Shown: positions 10,835 to 21,160 of the stretch, one piece after another
Layout of the letters: each line of letters starts with the position of its first letter
Position numbering within the stretch: position 1 is the first letter of the stretch
Assembly (NCBI GenBank): GCA_003614675.1
Contig: ML002213.1
Span: 62,001-88,978 of the forward strand
Origin: Dimargaris cristalligena
Taxonomy: Eukaryota
Direction: 5' to 3'
Length of the DNA stretch: 26,978 nt
Notes under the pieces: model-generated
The model's input: only the letters and a program-made list of their open reading frames with translations
The model's database searches: none
What the model was told of the DNA's origin: nothing
Made by a program: the position numbers and the translations under genes

Positions 10835-12079
10835 TTAGGCCTCGGTTTCCATGGGGGCTACCGAGTCATTGCCCGGCAGGGGCTGACTGGGAGCATCGCT
10901 GGTATCATCACTGTCCAACTGGTCTAGATACGGCTTAACGTCATCACCCTCAATCATCGTGAAGGGCTGGTCCTTTCCCACATAGGCGATGGAGCAGTTG
11001 AGGGTATCCAGCTGCTTATCCTGGGGAAGGGTATCGCGCAGGGCCCGCAAGCCGTGCTTGACCAGTTGGTCCAGGGGGGCATCGACAAACGTGTCGAATT
11101 TCTTTTCCAGGTAAGTCCGAGCGGACTGGGAGCGGGACCCGATGGACATGGCGAAGTATTCCAGGACATTGGCGGAGGGTGAGAATTCGTACAGATGGGG
11201 ACCGGTTTGATCGTACCCAATGACCAGTAGACCCACTCCGTAGGGACGCCGGCCGTACTCCTGGGTGTTAACCTGGGCCTTGTCACTGAGCGCGGAGGCG
11301 ACACGGAAAAGGGGTAACGGGCGATCGTACAGCATTCGGGACTTCATGGCCTCGTTACGCATGAAGTTGCTCAGGACTCGGGCGTCGGAGGTCAACCCGG
11401 CGATGGCAATACCCATGTGTTCGTCAATGTGGAAGATCTTCTTTTGGTAAGACGCCAGTTCACCCGGGGAGCGCTTGACGGCGACGAGGACGGCGAAGTC
11501 GTTGGATCGAAGGCCAACTACGGCGGAACCTTGCTTCACCGCCTCCATGGCATATTCGATTTGGTGGATTCGGCCCTGGGGACTCCAGGTGGAGGCATCG
11601 TTATCGTATTGATTGCGAAACTAGAATAGAGCGCGGTTTAATATGAGGGTCGGCGGGGAAGGGAAGTGTGGGTGTTTTGGAGGAGGGAGGGGGGGGGGAG
11701 AAGTTAGCTAAATCTATGACGCGAGAGAGAGAGGTCCGCAGGCACTTTCATATGACACCGCTACTGCGAAGCCGCCGTTCAGTGATGTGACTTGGTCATT
11801 TGTAAAGAGTAACAGCTAGCACCGGGGGAACTAGACCTGGGTTGTCCCAGCAATCCGGTTGTGGTTACGGTTGTAATGGCGCCGGGGAAAGTGAATCCCC
11901 GGCGTTGAGGAAGGACAAGGCATAGTCCTTTCCTATTCCTAGACAATCCACCGGGGCTGGAATATGGTCTAGAATGAGACCCCTTTTCACGGGATACCTC
12001 GATAGAAGTTCTGGCGAACGCCAACTGGGACTAGGTTGAATCCAGATGACAGTGGGAAGGAGGGGCAGATACTTACCAT
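10835..12079 (-). CDS. PRE5: 20S proteasome subunit alpha-6 / PSMA1 orthologue (262 aa; exons 12079-12077 [ATG only], 11620-10835)
   Basis: The spliced product begins [33 protein letters not shown], the classic alpha-6 N-terminus. Also [10 protein letters not shown] and [14 protein letters not shown]. Donor GCCATG|GTAAGT, branch GCTAAC, acceptor CTAG|TTT. Confidence 0.97.
11710..12045 (-). ncRNA. Candidate structured RNA within PRE5 intron 1 (class unassigned)
   Basis: Seven near-contiguous stem-loops: 12025-12045, 12012-12023, 11976-12000, 11935-11975, 11908-11934, 11880-11904, 11821-11859. G-U pairs in two of them favour the minus (sense) strand. No known family recognised with certainty. 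Confidence 0.5.
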
Positions 12080-12247
12080 GGCGATATGTGACGGGCGGAG
12101 TTATAAACGCAATGGGCTAATATAGGGTTAAAGGTGACAAACAGGTGAAATGTATAGTAATTAACAGAGGAGTGTGTAATGGATGGGACGGAGGTAAGAG
12201 GTCTGGAATGCACTTTGGACTCCAAATTCACATCACAATCTGACTAA

Positions 12248-12256
12248 TACGCCACC
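12248..12256 (-). promoter_or_regulatory. PACE-like (Rpn4-type) proteasome control element GGTGGCGTA
   Basis: GGTGGC core about 170 nt upstream of a proteasome gene ATG. The yeast PACE consensus is GGTGGCAAA. A short motif like this could be chance. Confidence 0.4.
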
Positions 12257-12329
12257 CTGTAAGGCCGTTAATGACTTGGGCGCCCTTTACCTTTTGCTGG
12301 GTCAGATCCGCGTAATAAAGCCCGAATTG

Positions 12330-12340
12330 TACACGTGACT
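12330..12340. promoter_or_regulatory. GTCACGTG E-box (Cbf1/USF-type bHLH site); also at 15431-15441, 20858-20866, 25478-25486
   Basis: The same 8-mer lies 250-520 nt upstream of PRE5, ATP18, NOP9 and RPA49. TACACGTGACT is identical at 12330 and 15431. Confidence 0.55.
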
Positions 12341-13622
12341 ATTTATTTACATCGTCAAATCAGTCTATTTAACTATATATGCCCGGCTCCTTGGCAATTG
12401 GGTAGGTCCTGCATGGTTCTTGGTTGGTGGGATGTGATCCACATGGACTTCAAACATATTCCCCTCGATACGTCTATTTAAGTACTATAAAAACATCGAA
12501 AATGCTACAACAATCTCGATAATATAGAATCAAGTGCGCTCTTATTTCATGCCAGCGGCAGTTTATAGTTTAACAGCAAACCACCTTTTGAAAGTAGCTG
12601 CTGTCATATTTAAGGTTGACATCTCGCTGGATCCCAGACATAGAACTAGCTTAGTCATGTTAATGGGGCGTATATAATCAATAACCGAAAGCGATTGACA
12701 TATTCGGTATTCCACCTTCAGTATTCACCTATTCGTCAATCAGCCTCCCATTTTTACACACCAGCTTCGTAAACGTTTACTAATCACAATGTATATGACA
12801 TATAGTATAGCATGGTTTTCCTAATTAACTTTCTGTAATTTTAAAAATATTCGCCGTTCCTGAAATCATCTTATAAAAGGCCCCTCGTGCCCTCCTTTCA
12901 GACGTCCTCAAGTATATACATGATAGATGTAGGGAAATCTAGTACTCACTAGGGTTACTCCCTACGATGTTTATACTGAGAAATTATATAGGAAACGTGA
13001 AAGATATAACTGTATCAATATAATGGAAGGATATTTATTTACACTGATTATATAATATATTTTTAGTGGTGATCTTTGTCCAAAGGGAAGAATAGCTATG
13101 GCCGAAATCCATACCGTCATACTATTATTGATGTAGGGCCACTGGTAGATTTTTACTCTGCTTTGGCAAAACATTGGCCATTAATAGAGGTCGGGCCTGC
13201 CTTCACAGTATCATTAACATGATCATTATTAAAATTAAATAATAACAAAGAATACTGAAGTGGGAACGGGAATGGGAATGGGGATTTTTAATTGGGCATG
13301 CTATGTGGGCAGCCCAGTGGGTCAGCTCCTGCTCTTCTTAGTGAAAGATAAATCGTTGGCTAACAAGTATTTTCAATGGTCATAAAGGAGTATCCACAAT
13401 AACATTTAGATGACTGATCATCCTGTGGCTGAGTATAGTTTATGCCCCTTGGCAGCCCTTCAACCAGAGGTGTCAGTTACTGACTGGAAGATAGGTGATC
13501 TTCCCATACCTTGGGCATAATCCTCTGACTAGAATGAGGCATCCTCCAGAGCTCTTTGGCTCATTTCCCTGACTAATTGAGTTGAATGACCCATCCCTGT
13601 GACTGAACATGTTAAAAAACCA

Positions 13623-13784
13623 CTATTTGGTAGCTTTAAGCTGGTGGGATGCAGAATGAGCTATTAGATGTGATTTCATTTTGAAAGCTTGAGGGCATTT
13701 GTCACAGATGTGTCTTTGTGCCATGCTGTTGTCACTACTGGAGCTTGGAGTTGCTTCATGGTTAAGCAGAAAATGTATGCTCAT
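13623..13784 (-). pseudogene. Truncated/decayed C2H2 zinc-finger ORF (53 aa to the first stop; frame continues with scattered stops towards ~13290)
   Basis: Hand translation: MSIHFLLNHEATPSSSSDNSMAQRHICDKCPQAFKMKSHLIAHSASHQLKATK*. It contains C-x2-C-x3-F-x5-L-x2-H-x3-H and lies in a CpG-free tract. Too short for the ORF track. Confidence 0.7.
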
Positions 13785-14323
13785 TTTGGGGGTTTATCAG
13801 AGACATGTTGTGCATATATTTATGTGGGCAAGTATGTAAGTGTGTGAGTGAGGTGGTGATGAAGATGGGAAGTTGACTTGAAAATAAGTTACTAGAAAAA
13901 ACATAGTGCTATACCCACTTATATAGTACACAGCTGAGAATAAGCCTCCCCTAACTCTCTGTAGCACAATGCCCTTTGTTTCCATATATGGCTACTAAGC
14001 TGAAAGGCTAAACCAGGTGCAACCTGGTTTATGCACTGCCAAATTTTCATAGACAATATGCATATAAGCCAGGGCCACTTTGTAGTTTTTCTTTGTTAAC
14101 TCAAAGGGGACTTTGAGTTTCTACATAGTAAAATAAAAGTATGGTTCCTCAATGATTGGAACATCTCATTAGCATTTAATCACTAATGATCATTTAGGTA
14201 ATTACCAACACAATTCAGACTATTTGCAGTTGGATAGGGGTGAGACTTACAAAAGATGAACCATGTCTATTTTGTTAGTAGACTATAAAAGAATTGCACA
14301 TGAATTCAACAAGTGAGACCAGT

Positions 14324-14909
14324 TGTCAGCCCTCCTAATCTGATTTAATCCAGATATAATAATCATCCACCCTTATTAGGCCTTATAGCACCATATTAAC
14401 CTTCCCATAGTTACCCCCAGTACTATGAGATCACCCTATATCACATAACCCTTCCCCTTTTGGACTCTAGCTCTTTACACTAATTACTCAGCATGCTAAT
14501 CTGAGGACACTTCTGGTTACCCTAAGAGTCTTCTGGATACTAGTGGCTGTCCGGTTGGCCTATGTTCCTTATATACCTTAGTTACCCATAGTCTCCCCTT
14601 AGGACCTCCTGCTGGAGCTGTCCCTATTTATATAAACCCAGGCCCCATTGGGACTGGTTAGATTCTTGAGCTTATCCTTACCCCCTAGTTTACCTCAATA
14701 AACTTAATATAAACTCACTCCTTCATACTGACCAGTAAGTGTACCTGCTGTAGATCCCTTACATACCTGATTGCCTAAGCCTTTATTGGTTAATACTGTG
14801 CCCTATACCTGACACTAGTAGCCCACTTAGCTGAGTCTAAGCCCCACCTACCATTAGAAGCCTATCCCCGAGACTCTTGATAGACTAAGAGAAGTTAACT
14901 TGGGTGACA
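14324..14909 (+). mobile_element. Solo LTR of an LTR retrotransposon (586 bp)
   Basis: Inverted termini TGTCA...TGACA and an exact 5-bp TSD CCAGT (14319-14323, 14910-14914). Internal TATATAAA (14629-14636) and AATAAA (14697-14702) suggest + orientation. Only 2 CpG seen. Confidence 0.9.
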
Positions 14910-15953
14910 CCAGTTATTTTGTATAGTGTGAATAACCTATTGATGAATTTATAAAAATCCAGATAGGGATGTTTATAAAGGATGGATAATGAGAGTGTTA
15001 ATAGATTAAATTACACTATGGACTGTAGAAAATAGTATAATCAAGGAGATAGTTCCATCCACTTAATAATGAAGATAATTCTGTGAGATATCAAAGAAGG
15101 TTGCCTAGCATGATGATAATGATGTAAATAATAACTACAATGCCAAGGAATGGTAACCAAAATGTAGATATAGTAAAGGTGACCCTAAAAGCAATCGATA
15201 TTACAATGGCCAATGCCCGTACTAGAAGGGCCATGTAATATGTTACAGTATCAAACAAAAAAATACATGGGCCATAATGGCCATTTAATAGGGATCATGG
15301 TATGGTACGGTAGTGATGTATAATGTCAGTATAGAACTACCACCATTTACTTGTGGGGGCTCTTTCGAAATGCCAGTCCCTATAATCTTGACCCAGCCAT
15401 AATCCCCCTGGCTGTGAGGGACACTATTGATACACGTGACTCTAGGATTTAGGAGAGTTTGGTTGGTTGGTGAGGTGGTTCTTTATTTTAAGTTGGGGTA
15501 GAAATCTATTTCCCACTTCCCTTTGGCTTCACTGCGTAATCTTTGAACATGGTCTCCCCAATAGTGAAAATGCTGCATTTTGGCCCTAACTATGCGGGCC
15601 AAAAGGATAGTAGAAAGAGATACGGGAGAGTCGGCTATTTGGCCCTCCCACCCCTCCTCCCTCCGTCTCCATACTGATGGGGTTTCGAAATAGCCCGAAT
15701 AGGCGCCGTCTGGGCCCAGAGAACCTCATGGGGTAGGAGGGATAGGGTTGAATCTCACTTTCTGAAAGAGCTCTCCCCATTACGCTGTAAGACTTGCTGT
15801 GTAGTAAGGTTATACTCTCAACGTGAATCCTCTCACTCCCTCCACCACCTTGTTAGATTATATCCCTCCTTCCTTCCACTTGCTGTGAATTCACTTGTTC
15901 CCTTTACTTCTTCTCCCCCTTTCTTCTTCACTCCAATTAACTACTCCATCGCA

Positions 15954-16400
15954 ATGGCCCCTCGTCTGTTTGGCATGCGTGCCTACCCCACTCCCCTGCT
16001 GAAGCCCGCCCATCCCTTCATGATCGGCGCCGCCATCACCTACTACATCTTCAGTGGGATCACCGAGTCTCTGTCCAACTGTAAGTTTGGCCTATAGTGG
16101 TCCTTTGGAAGGAGGAACGTCCCGCCTAGAAAGGGGAGAGAATTGCATACGTATATGCGTGCAGCCCTGAAGATGCCGCCTTGTCTAATACAAAACTACC
16201 CATTATACAGATGTCACACTATACTAGGCCTACTGCCACGAAATGGTCCGAAAGCCAGTGGAAACTAACTCGTTTAAATACTGCTGATTTTATTTTAATT
16301 GGTTAACTACTACTCTCTATGAACTAATAATATAGCCGAGATGTTCCGTGACCACCCCGACAACCCGAAGCTGCGCTACAAGAAGGAGGCCCACCACTAA
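15954..16400 (+). CDS. ATP18: Mitochondrial ATP synthase subunit j (i/j) (63 aa; exons 15954-16080, 16336-16400)
   Basis: MAPRLFGMRAYPTPLLKPAHPFMIGAAITYYIFSGITESLSNSEMFRDHPDNPKLRYKKEAHH matches the fungal subunit-j pattern (PTP-x-LK...PF...GA...YY...F-x2-P-x-NP). GTAAGT donor, ACTAAT branch, TATAG acceptor, phase 1. Confidence 0.92.
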
Positions 16401-17008
16401 ACGTATTATATATAAGTATCGTCCGTGGGGGGGTTGGCGAATAACACCCCTTCCCCAACCGCCGTTTCCCATCTACCGCTGGCTATTTCTAGACCTGTCC
16501 TAGACGCCTTTTTGCAACAACCCTTCTGAAGGGCGTTCCACCGAATCGTTGTATTTACACTCCCTCTCTGACACCCACTTCTATAGAAATCAGTGGTTCA
16601 TTTAAGGGACCTCGATACCCCAAGGATAATAAACCCGTCCTCGGCCTATTTAAAATAAATGCGATGCGAACTCGCTGTTGATCAGTAGTCCTCTATATGG
16701 TTTGTGGTGCGTGGGATATACAGCTTTATCATTAGTTTAGGGGGGTGTAATTTGGCTTGAGGTATCTAAGACAAGGATGGTTGGTGTGTGGAACTTTAGA
16801 ATAATCCACTGTTTATTTATTATCGCATTATACCCTACGCGAATCGTTGTTTTTGGCGGAATGCAGGCTCAGAAATGGCCGAATTGTCAGAGACCACTTG
16901 ATAGCCACGGCCTTGTCAATGCTTAAAGGTATTTTTTTAAAAAAAGGGAAAATCGACCGCGTCGTCTAAATGTAAATGTAAATATAAAATGATATATATG
17001 CCATACAA

Positions 17009-20000
17009 CTATATCCGGGAAAATTGGCGCTGATCTTTTTTATGCGAGTCGGTTTCGGGTCGGGATTTTTTAGAGCTCGGTTGGTCGGTCGTGGGGCTGT
17101 CGTCCGTGACACCACGGTTCTTCTTAGACCGCTTCCGTTTGGTGGCTGAAATGGCATCTAGAACCGACGAGAGCTCATCGACTACCTCAGTGGAAGCCCC
17201 AGCGGTCTCGGCCGTTGGTTTTGTAGAAAAGGCCTAGAGTTGATGGTGGTGATATTGGGAGGGAAAATAGTTCAGAAAGGGAAAGTAGATAGAATAAGCA
17301 CATATGCCCATAAGCTTGATTCAGGATACCCATTCGGTAATGCAAATGACCAGAGCGTTCTCCTCCGCCTACTATGCAGTTTGAACAAAACCAATAGCCA
17401 AGTGGGTGGTGTATAATAATCCTAATATATCACATCAGCAAACAAAAAAAAAACCCCACCCCAGTTCCAACAATGGGAAGGATGGATGTGCTTACCTTAG
17501 ATGCATGTGTGCCATTCTGACGAGCCGATGAATTCGAAATACGCTTGCCAAGGAACAGGTCGTCGATCTCATCGAAATCGTCGGCCTTTTCAACCGCATG
17601 GTTATTTCTACGTCTAGGCTTCTCGGGATTATCAAACTCATCCTCCAACTAGTATGTAGGTAATTGGGTGGGCGAAAGAGAGAGAGAGAGAGAGATAGAG
17701 GAAGTAGAGTGACAGGGGAGGGTGTATACAATAGACAAATATAGTTGAACAAATGCGTTATAATCAATAGTATACCAAGGTGGAGCGACAAAGGATATTA
17801 ATTAAATCGGAAATCTAATCATCAAAGCGTATTATCTGGGGATATGTGCCACTATCGAAAACCAGTACAATAGGTATTGACTTACCTTGGCCGAGCTGTG
17901 GGCAATGGATTTGCCATCGGGGCCGAATCCGAGAAGCTGGGCCTCCTTGTCGAGGGATTTGAAGGTCTAGAAGGGCAGATAAGTAACATTAGGAATAATA
18001 CTTGGTAGGTTAGATAGGGTATAGAAACAGCACTCAAACACAAATAAGAAAATCCTCACGAACTAGATATATCTATTAGGACCACACAAGCATACAAACC
18101 AACAACCAGTCCCACCGCAATTTCAATCATCACACCAGGGGGGGAGAGGGATCTCTTACCTTGGTCTCGGCGGCATCCTGCACGGACTGGCCAAAGAGAT
18201 CCTCGAACATGGCCCGTTTTTTTTCGACCGCCGACTGGGCCGCCACCCACGATTCGCGTTTGGACTTAAACTGATTAATCTGGCAGTTATTCAGCACAAT
18301 TTTACCGGAATGATTGAACCGGAGGGTGGCCTCACTCTGGACCAGTTCGGCCGCGATAAGTTCCTTGAGTTTCAAATCCGCCACCCGCCAGCACTTGTCC
18401 ACAATGAACGATCCGTTGGCATTACAGGCCAGCGTGGCGAAATTGGTTTGAAAGGCACTGATGATGATTTTCCGTTTGGCCTTGAGGGGCACCGCCGGCG
18501 ACACGAGTAACTTTTCGACGAGGCGGGAACACTGGGCGTCGCCGGCCCACTGCAGCTGTAAGTCCGCGGTCTGGGCTAGGAAACTGTCCACGACGAGGCG
18601 GCTGAATTCCTCGGGGAAATCGACGATGAGCTGGAGAATCAGGAGACCCTGTAGTGTAAACGGCGGCGGGGCTTGGCCTCCCCCGAGGGCGGTGAACCCC
18701 CGGTGGGTGACTAGCCGACTCAGCAATTCGTTAAATAGGCGGGGTTCCGCGGTGAGGTCCAACGCCCGTTGGATACCCAGCACGACCGCTTTATAACCCG
18801 TCTGCAGGCGGAGACAGGCCTCACAAACACTGCGCACCACCCCTGGGCGGTTTTGGGTCAATAGGCCGGCGAAGTTGGGGACCAGTTCCTCAATCACCAA
18901 ATCCAGCTGGATCGGGTTCTTGATCTCCGCCAGGAAACGTTGGACCACGAAATTGGCCGACGGGTGCAGGCTCAGCGCGGCCAGATGGCCACGGAAGACC
19001 TGGACATAAATCTTCTGGAATAGGGCGGGGGACACCAGCGCCATGAGTACTTCAAAGACATGCGATCCGACGGGGTCTTTGACCACTTGCTGGAGCGACT
19101 CCGAGCCGCTGATGGCTACGGAATCTGACGAGCCGCTATTATCACCCGCGCCTACCATGCCGTGGAGCAGAACGTCGATGAGTGAACCCTCGTATTCGAT
19201 ATCACCCTGTTCGGCCATGATGGATAGCAGAAGTTGCAGGGCCGGACTGGCTACGCGATGGACGGCAAACCGACGCGCTAGGTCCCCACTAATGCCCACG
19301 GCGATTTCGTCGGTAATGCGCCGGAGAAGCGTGGCGAAGGACGGGGGCACTTGGAGCTGGCGATTAACGACGGCCGAATCGATACCGTGCTGGGCTTTGT
19401 ATTTCTGGGATTTATTACTGCGCACCCGGAAGGACGCCGCGGTGGCCCGGGACTTGCGGTCGGCCCGGTGGGGGCCGTGGCGACCACCCCGACCACCACT
19501 ATCGTCACCATGGCCGTCCGCCTCGACGGGACGACCGGCCAAGATTAGCAGCGTGACTCGGGTGAGGTAAGTTCCGATGGGGTGAATAAGGAGGGACGAC
19601 CAAAAGGCCAGGACTTCATGGCACATGTTATGGAACAGTGTCTCCATGGAGGGCAGGTCCGCCGGCGGATGGGTGTAGTCGTTGCTCCCATCGCCATGGC
19701 TATCAGTAGCACCCGCCACCGAGGCGGTACTCTGGCCCGTCACCTCCAGGTCCACGACCACCGCGGCCATGGTCAGTAATGTCTGGCATACATGGGAGGC
19801 GAAGGGGTGCATGAATAACTCGATAAACCGACTTTCGAGTTTACGCATAAAGACGCGGAGCTGGACCTCCCCGGCGAGGAGGATGATTTTCTGCAGAATC
19901 CGCGACGCTACGGGATCGGTCATGAGCACCAGCTCGTGGGTATCGATTTCACTGAAGACATTATTGAGGAAGTCTGCGCGCTCCTCCCCCGTTTCAAAGG

Positions 20001-20424
20001 CATTGTTCTCGAGAACCTCTTCGATGCCCTCCAGGTATTGGGCAATGGATGTGTCCGGACTGCCGAAATTGGGCAGTTCGGGTAGATTGGTGGCGTAGAG
20101 TGGTTCTTCCTCGTAGGACTGCCGACCGAATTTATCGCGGTTGGCCCGGGAAAAGGCATTGCGAACTTTGGCTGGCTTAGCAGGGGCGGCGGCTTCGTGG
20201 TGCCAGTCGACGGTTTGGTGATGTTGATGTTTTTGGCCCTGGTCCTGCTGCTGCTGGTAGTCCTGGTGCTGGTAGTGGTGGTCCTGGTCCTGGTCGTGGT
20301 GGTGCTGGTGCTGGTGTTGGGTCTGGTCCTGCTGCTGGTCATAGGCTTCCTCGGTCTTCTTGGAAGTTTCCTCGGAGTCATTCTTGGCTCCCTTCCCGCG
20401 ACGGCGCCGGCGTGCAAGGCCCAT
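17009..20424 (-). CDS. NOP9: Nucleolar Pumilio-repeat protein Nop9 (about 907 aa; exons 20424-18160, 17966-17886, 17648-17496, 17233-17009)
   Basis: PUF-like repeats with Nop9 signatures (DPVASRILQK, HPFASHVCQTL, DPVGSHVFE, HPSANFVVQ, GSFIVDKCW). Three phase-0 AAG|GTAAG...CTAG introns keep the frame through a charged tail (DEIDDLF, VLDAISATKRKR). Confidence 0.93.
20230..20340 (-). repeat. Gln/His/Asp-rich coding repeat (CAG/CAC/GAC) in the NOP9 N-terminus
   Basis: Encodes DQQQDQTQHQHQHHHDQDQDHHYQHQDYQQQQDQGQKHQHH. Confidence 0.85.
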
Positions 20425-21160
20425 GTTGAACTGTAGGATAGGTGAAGTAGGAGGTATGTGAAATGCGCTAAGGTCCGCGGAGAATTGAAGGAATGGGCTG
20501 AGGTGGTAGTGGCTCTATTGACAAGGAACAGCAGGCAGAAGAGCAATGTCGGGTTTCAAGAGATAAACTATTGGGTATGTAGTGTATTTGAGCTGTCGTC
20601 CGCTGTAAATGAAAAAGGACATGGCATTTGCTTTGTATAAGCCTCTATGGTGTAGCTCGACTTTGGTTAGGCTGGTGGAACAAAGTGTTATCAATTTGAC
20701 CTCCTTATTCGCTTGTCTATTTTTTTTCAATTTGGTTTTTTTGAGCAGTTATCCATGCACCATGGTAGGCGGGATTCCACTCTACTGTTCCTACACACAA
20801 TGCTGCTTTGGTGAAGAACCTCACCCAAGCCAACTTAAAGTGTGACTAGATAGGAATAGTCACGTGGTCTCACTACTTCCACCCAGTAGTTAGTTATATA
20901 ACACTGATCCGTATATGGTCCAGAAACGTCCTCTCTCATAGAATCCGTTGATGGGGTGGATTTATTATTTCGGGAAAGGTGGATCTTTATTAATTACTCG
21001 GTAATTGGAAGCAGTTTGCCCATCAGACAGCTAATGTAGCTGAAAAGTGGAGCGCTTCGTTTTTATTCTTTAAAAAAGCATATTTACAGAGACCGGGCCT
21101 CGTCCATACCTCAAAACACCAAAACTTTAGAAGAGGTATAGTATCCAATAGTATGTTGGG

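Noticed and set aside
11869-11880. GGTTGTAATGGC resembling the fungal SRP RNA 5' motif GCUGUAAUGGC
   Set aside because: No helix-8 motif or rod-like long-range pairing downstream, and G-U pairs favour the other strand.
11880-11985. RNase MRP/P, U17/snR30 or H/ACA snoRNA assignment for the intronic structure
   Set aside because: Partial look-alikes (GGGGTCTCATTCT, TATTCCTA, ATAGGA H-box, ACA) are not in the required order and spacing. No P4 helix or pseudouridylation pocket is evident.
11779-12024. 81-aa ORF inside the PRE5 intron
   Set aside because: Non-ATG start and no protein features; better explained by the GC-rich structured sequence.
12069-12082. ATACTTACCATGG resembling the U1 snRNA 5' end
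   Set aside because: It is simply the reverse complement of the PRE5 ATG|GTAAGTAT donor. No U1 stem-loops or Sm site follow.
13110-15320. Possible terminal inverted repeats bounding the CpG-free island (CATTGGCCATT ~13172 / AATGGCCAATG ~15205)
   Set aside because: The match is short, near-palindromic and does not extend cleanly. No TSD found.
15631-15698. Hammerhead-like CTGATG...GAAA core
   Set aside because: CUGAUGG rather than CUGANGA, essentially no stem II, and stem I out of register.
16081-16335. snoRNA in the ATP18 intron
   Set aside because: A CTGA is present, but no box C (RTGATGA) or H/ACA two-hairpin architecture.
18310-20546. Long antisense and alternative-frame ORFs over NOP9 (likewise over PRE5, THG1, RPA49 and the 7-TM gene)
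   Set aside because: Shadow ORFs expected from GC-rich codon usage and the trinucleotide repeat.
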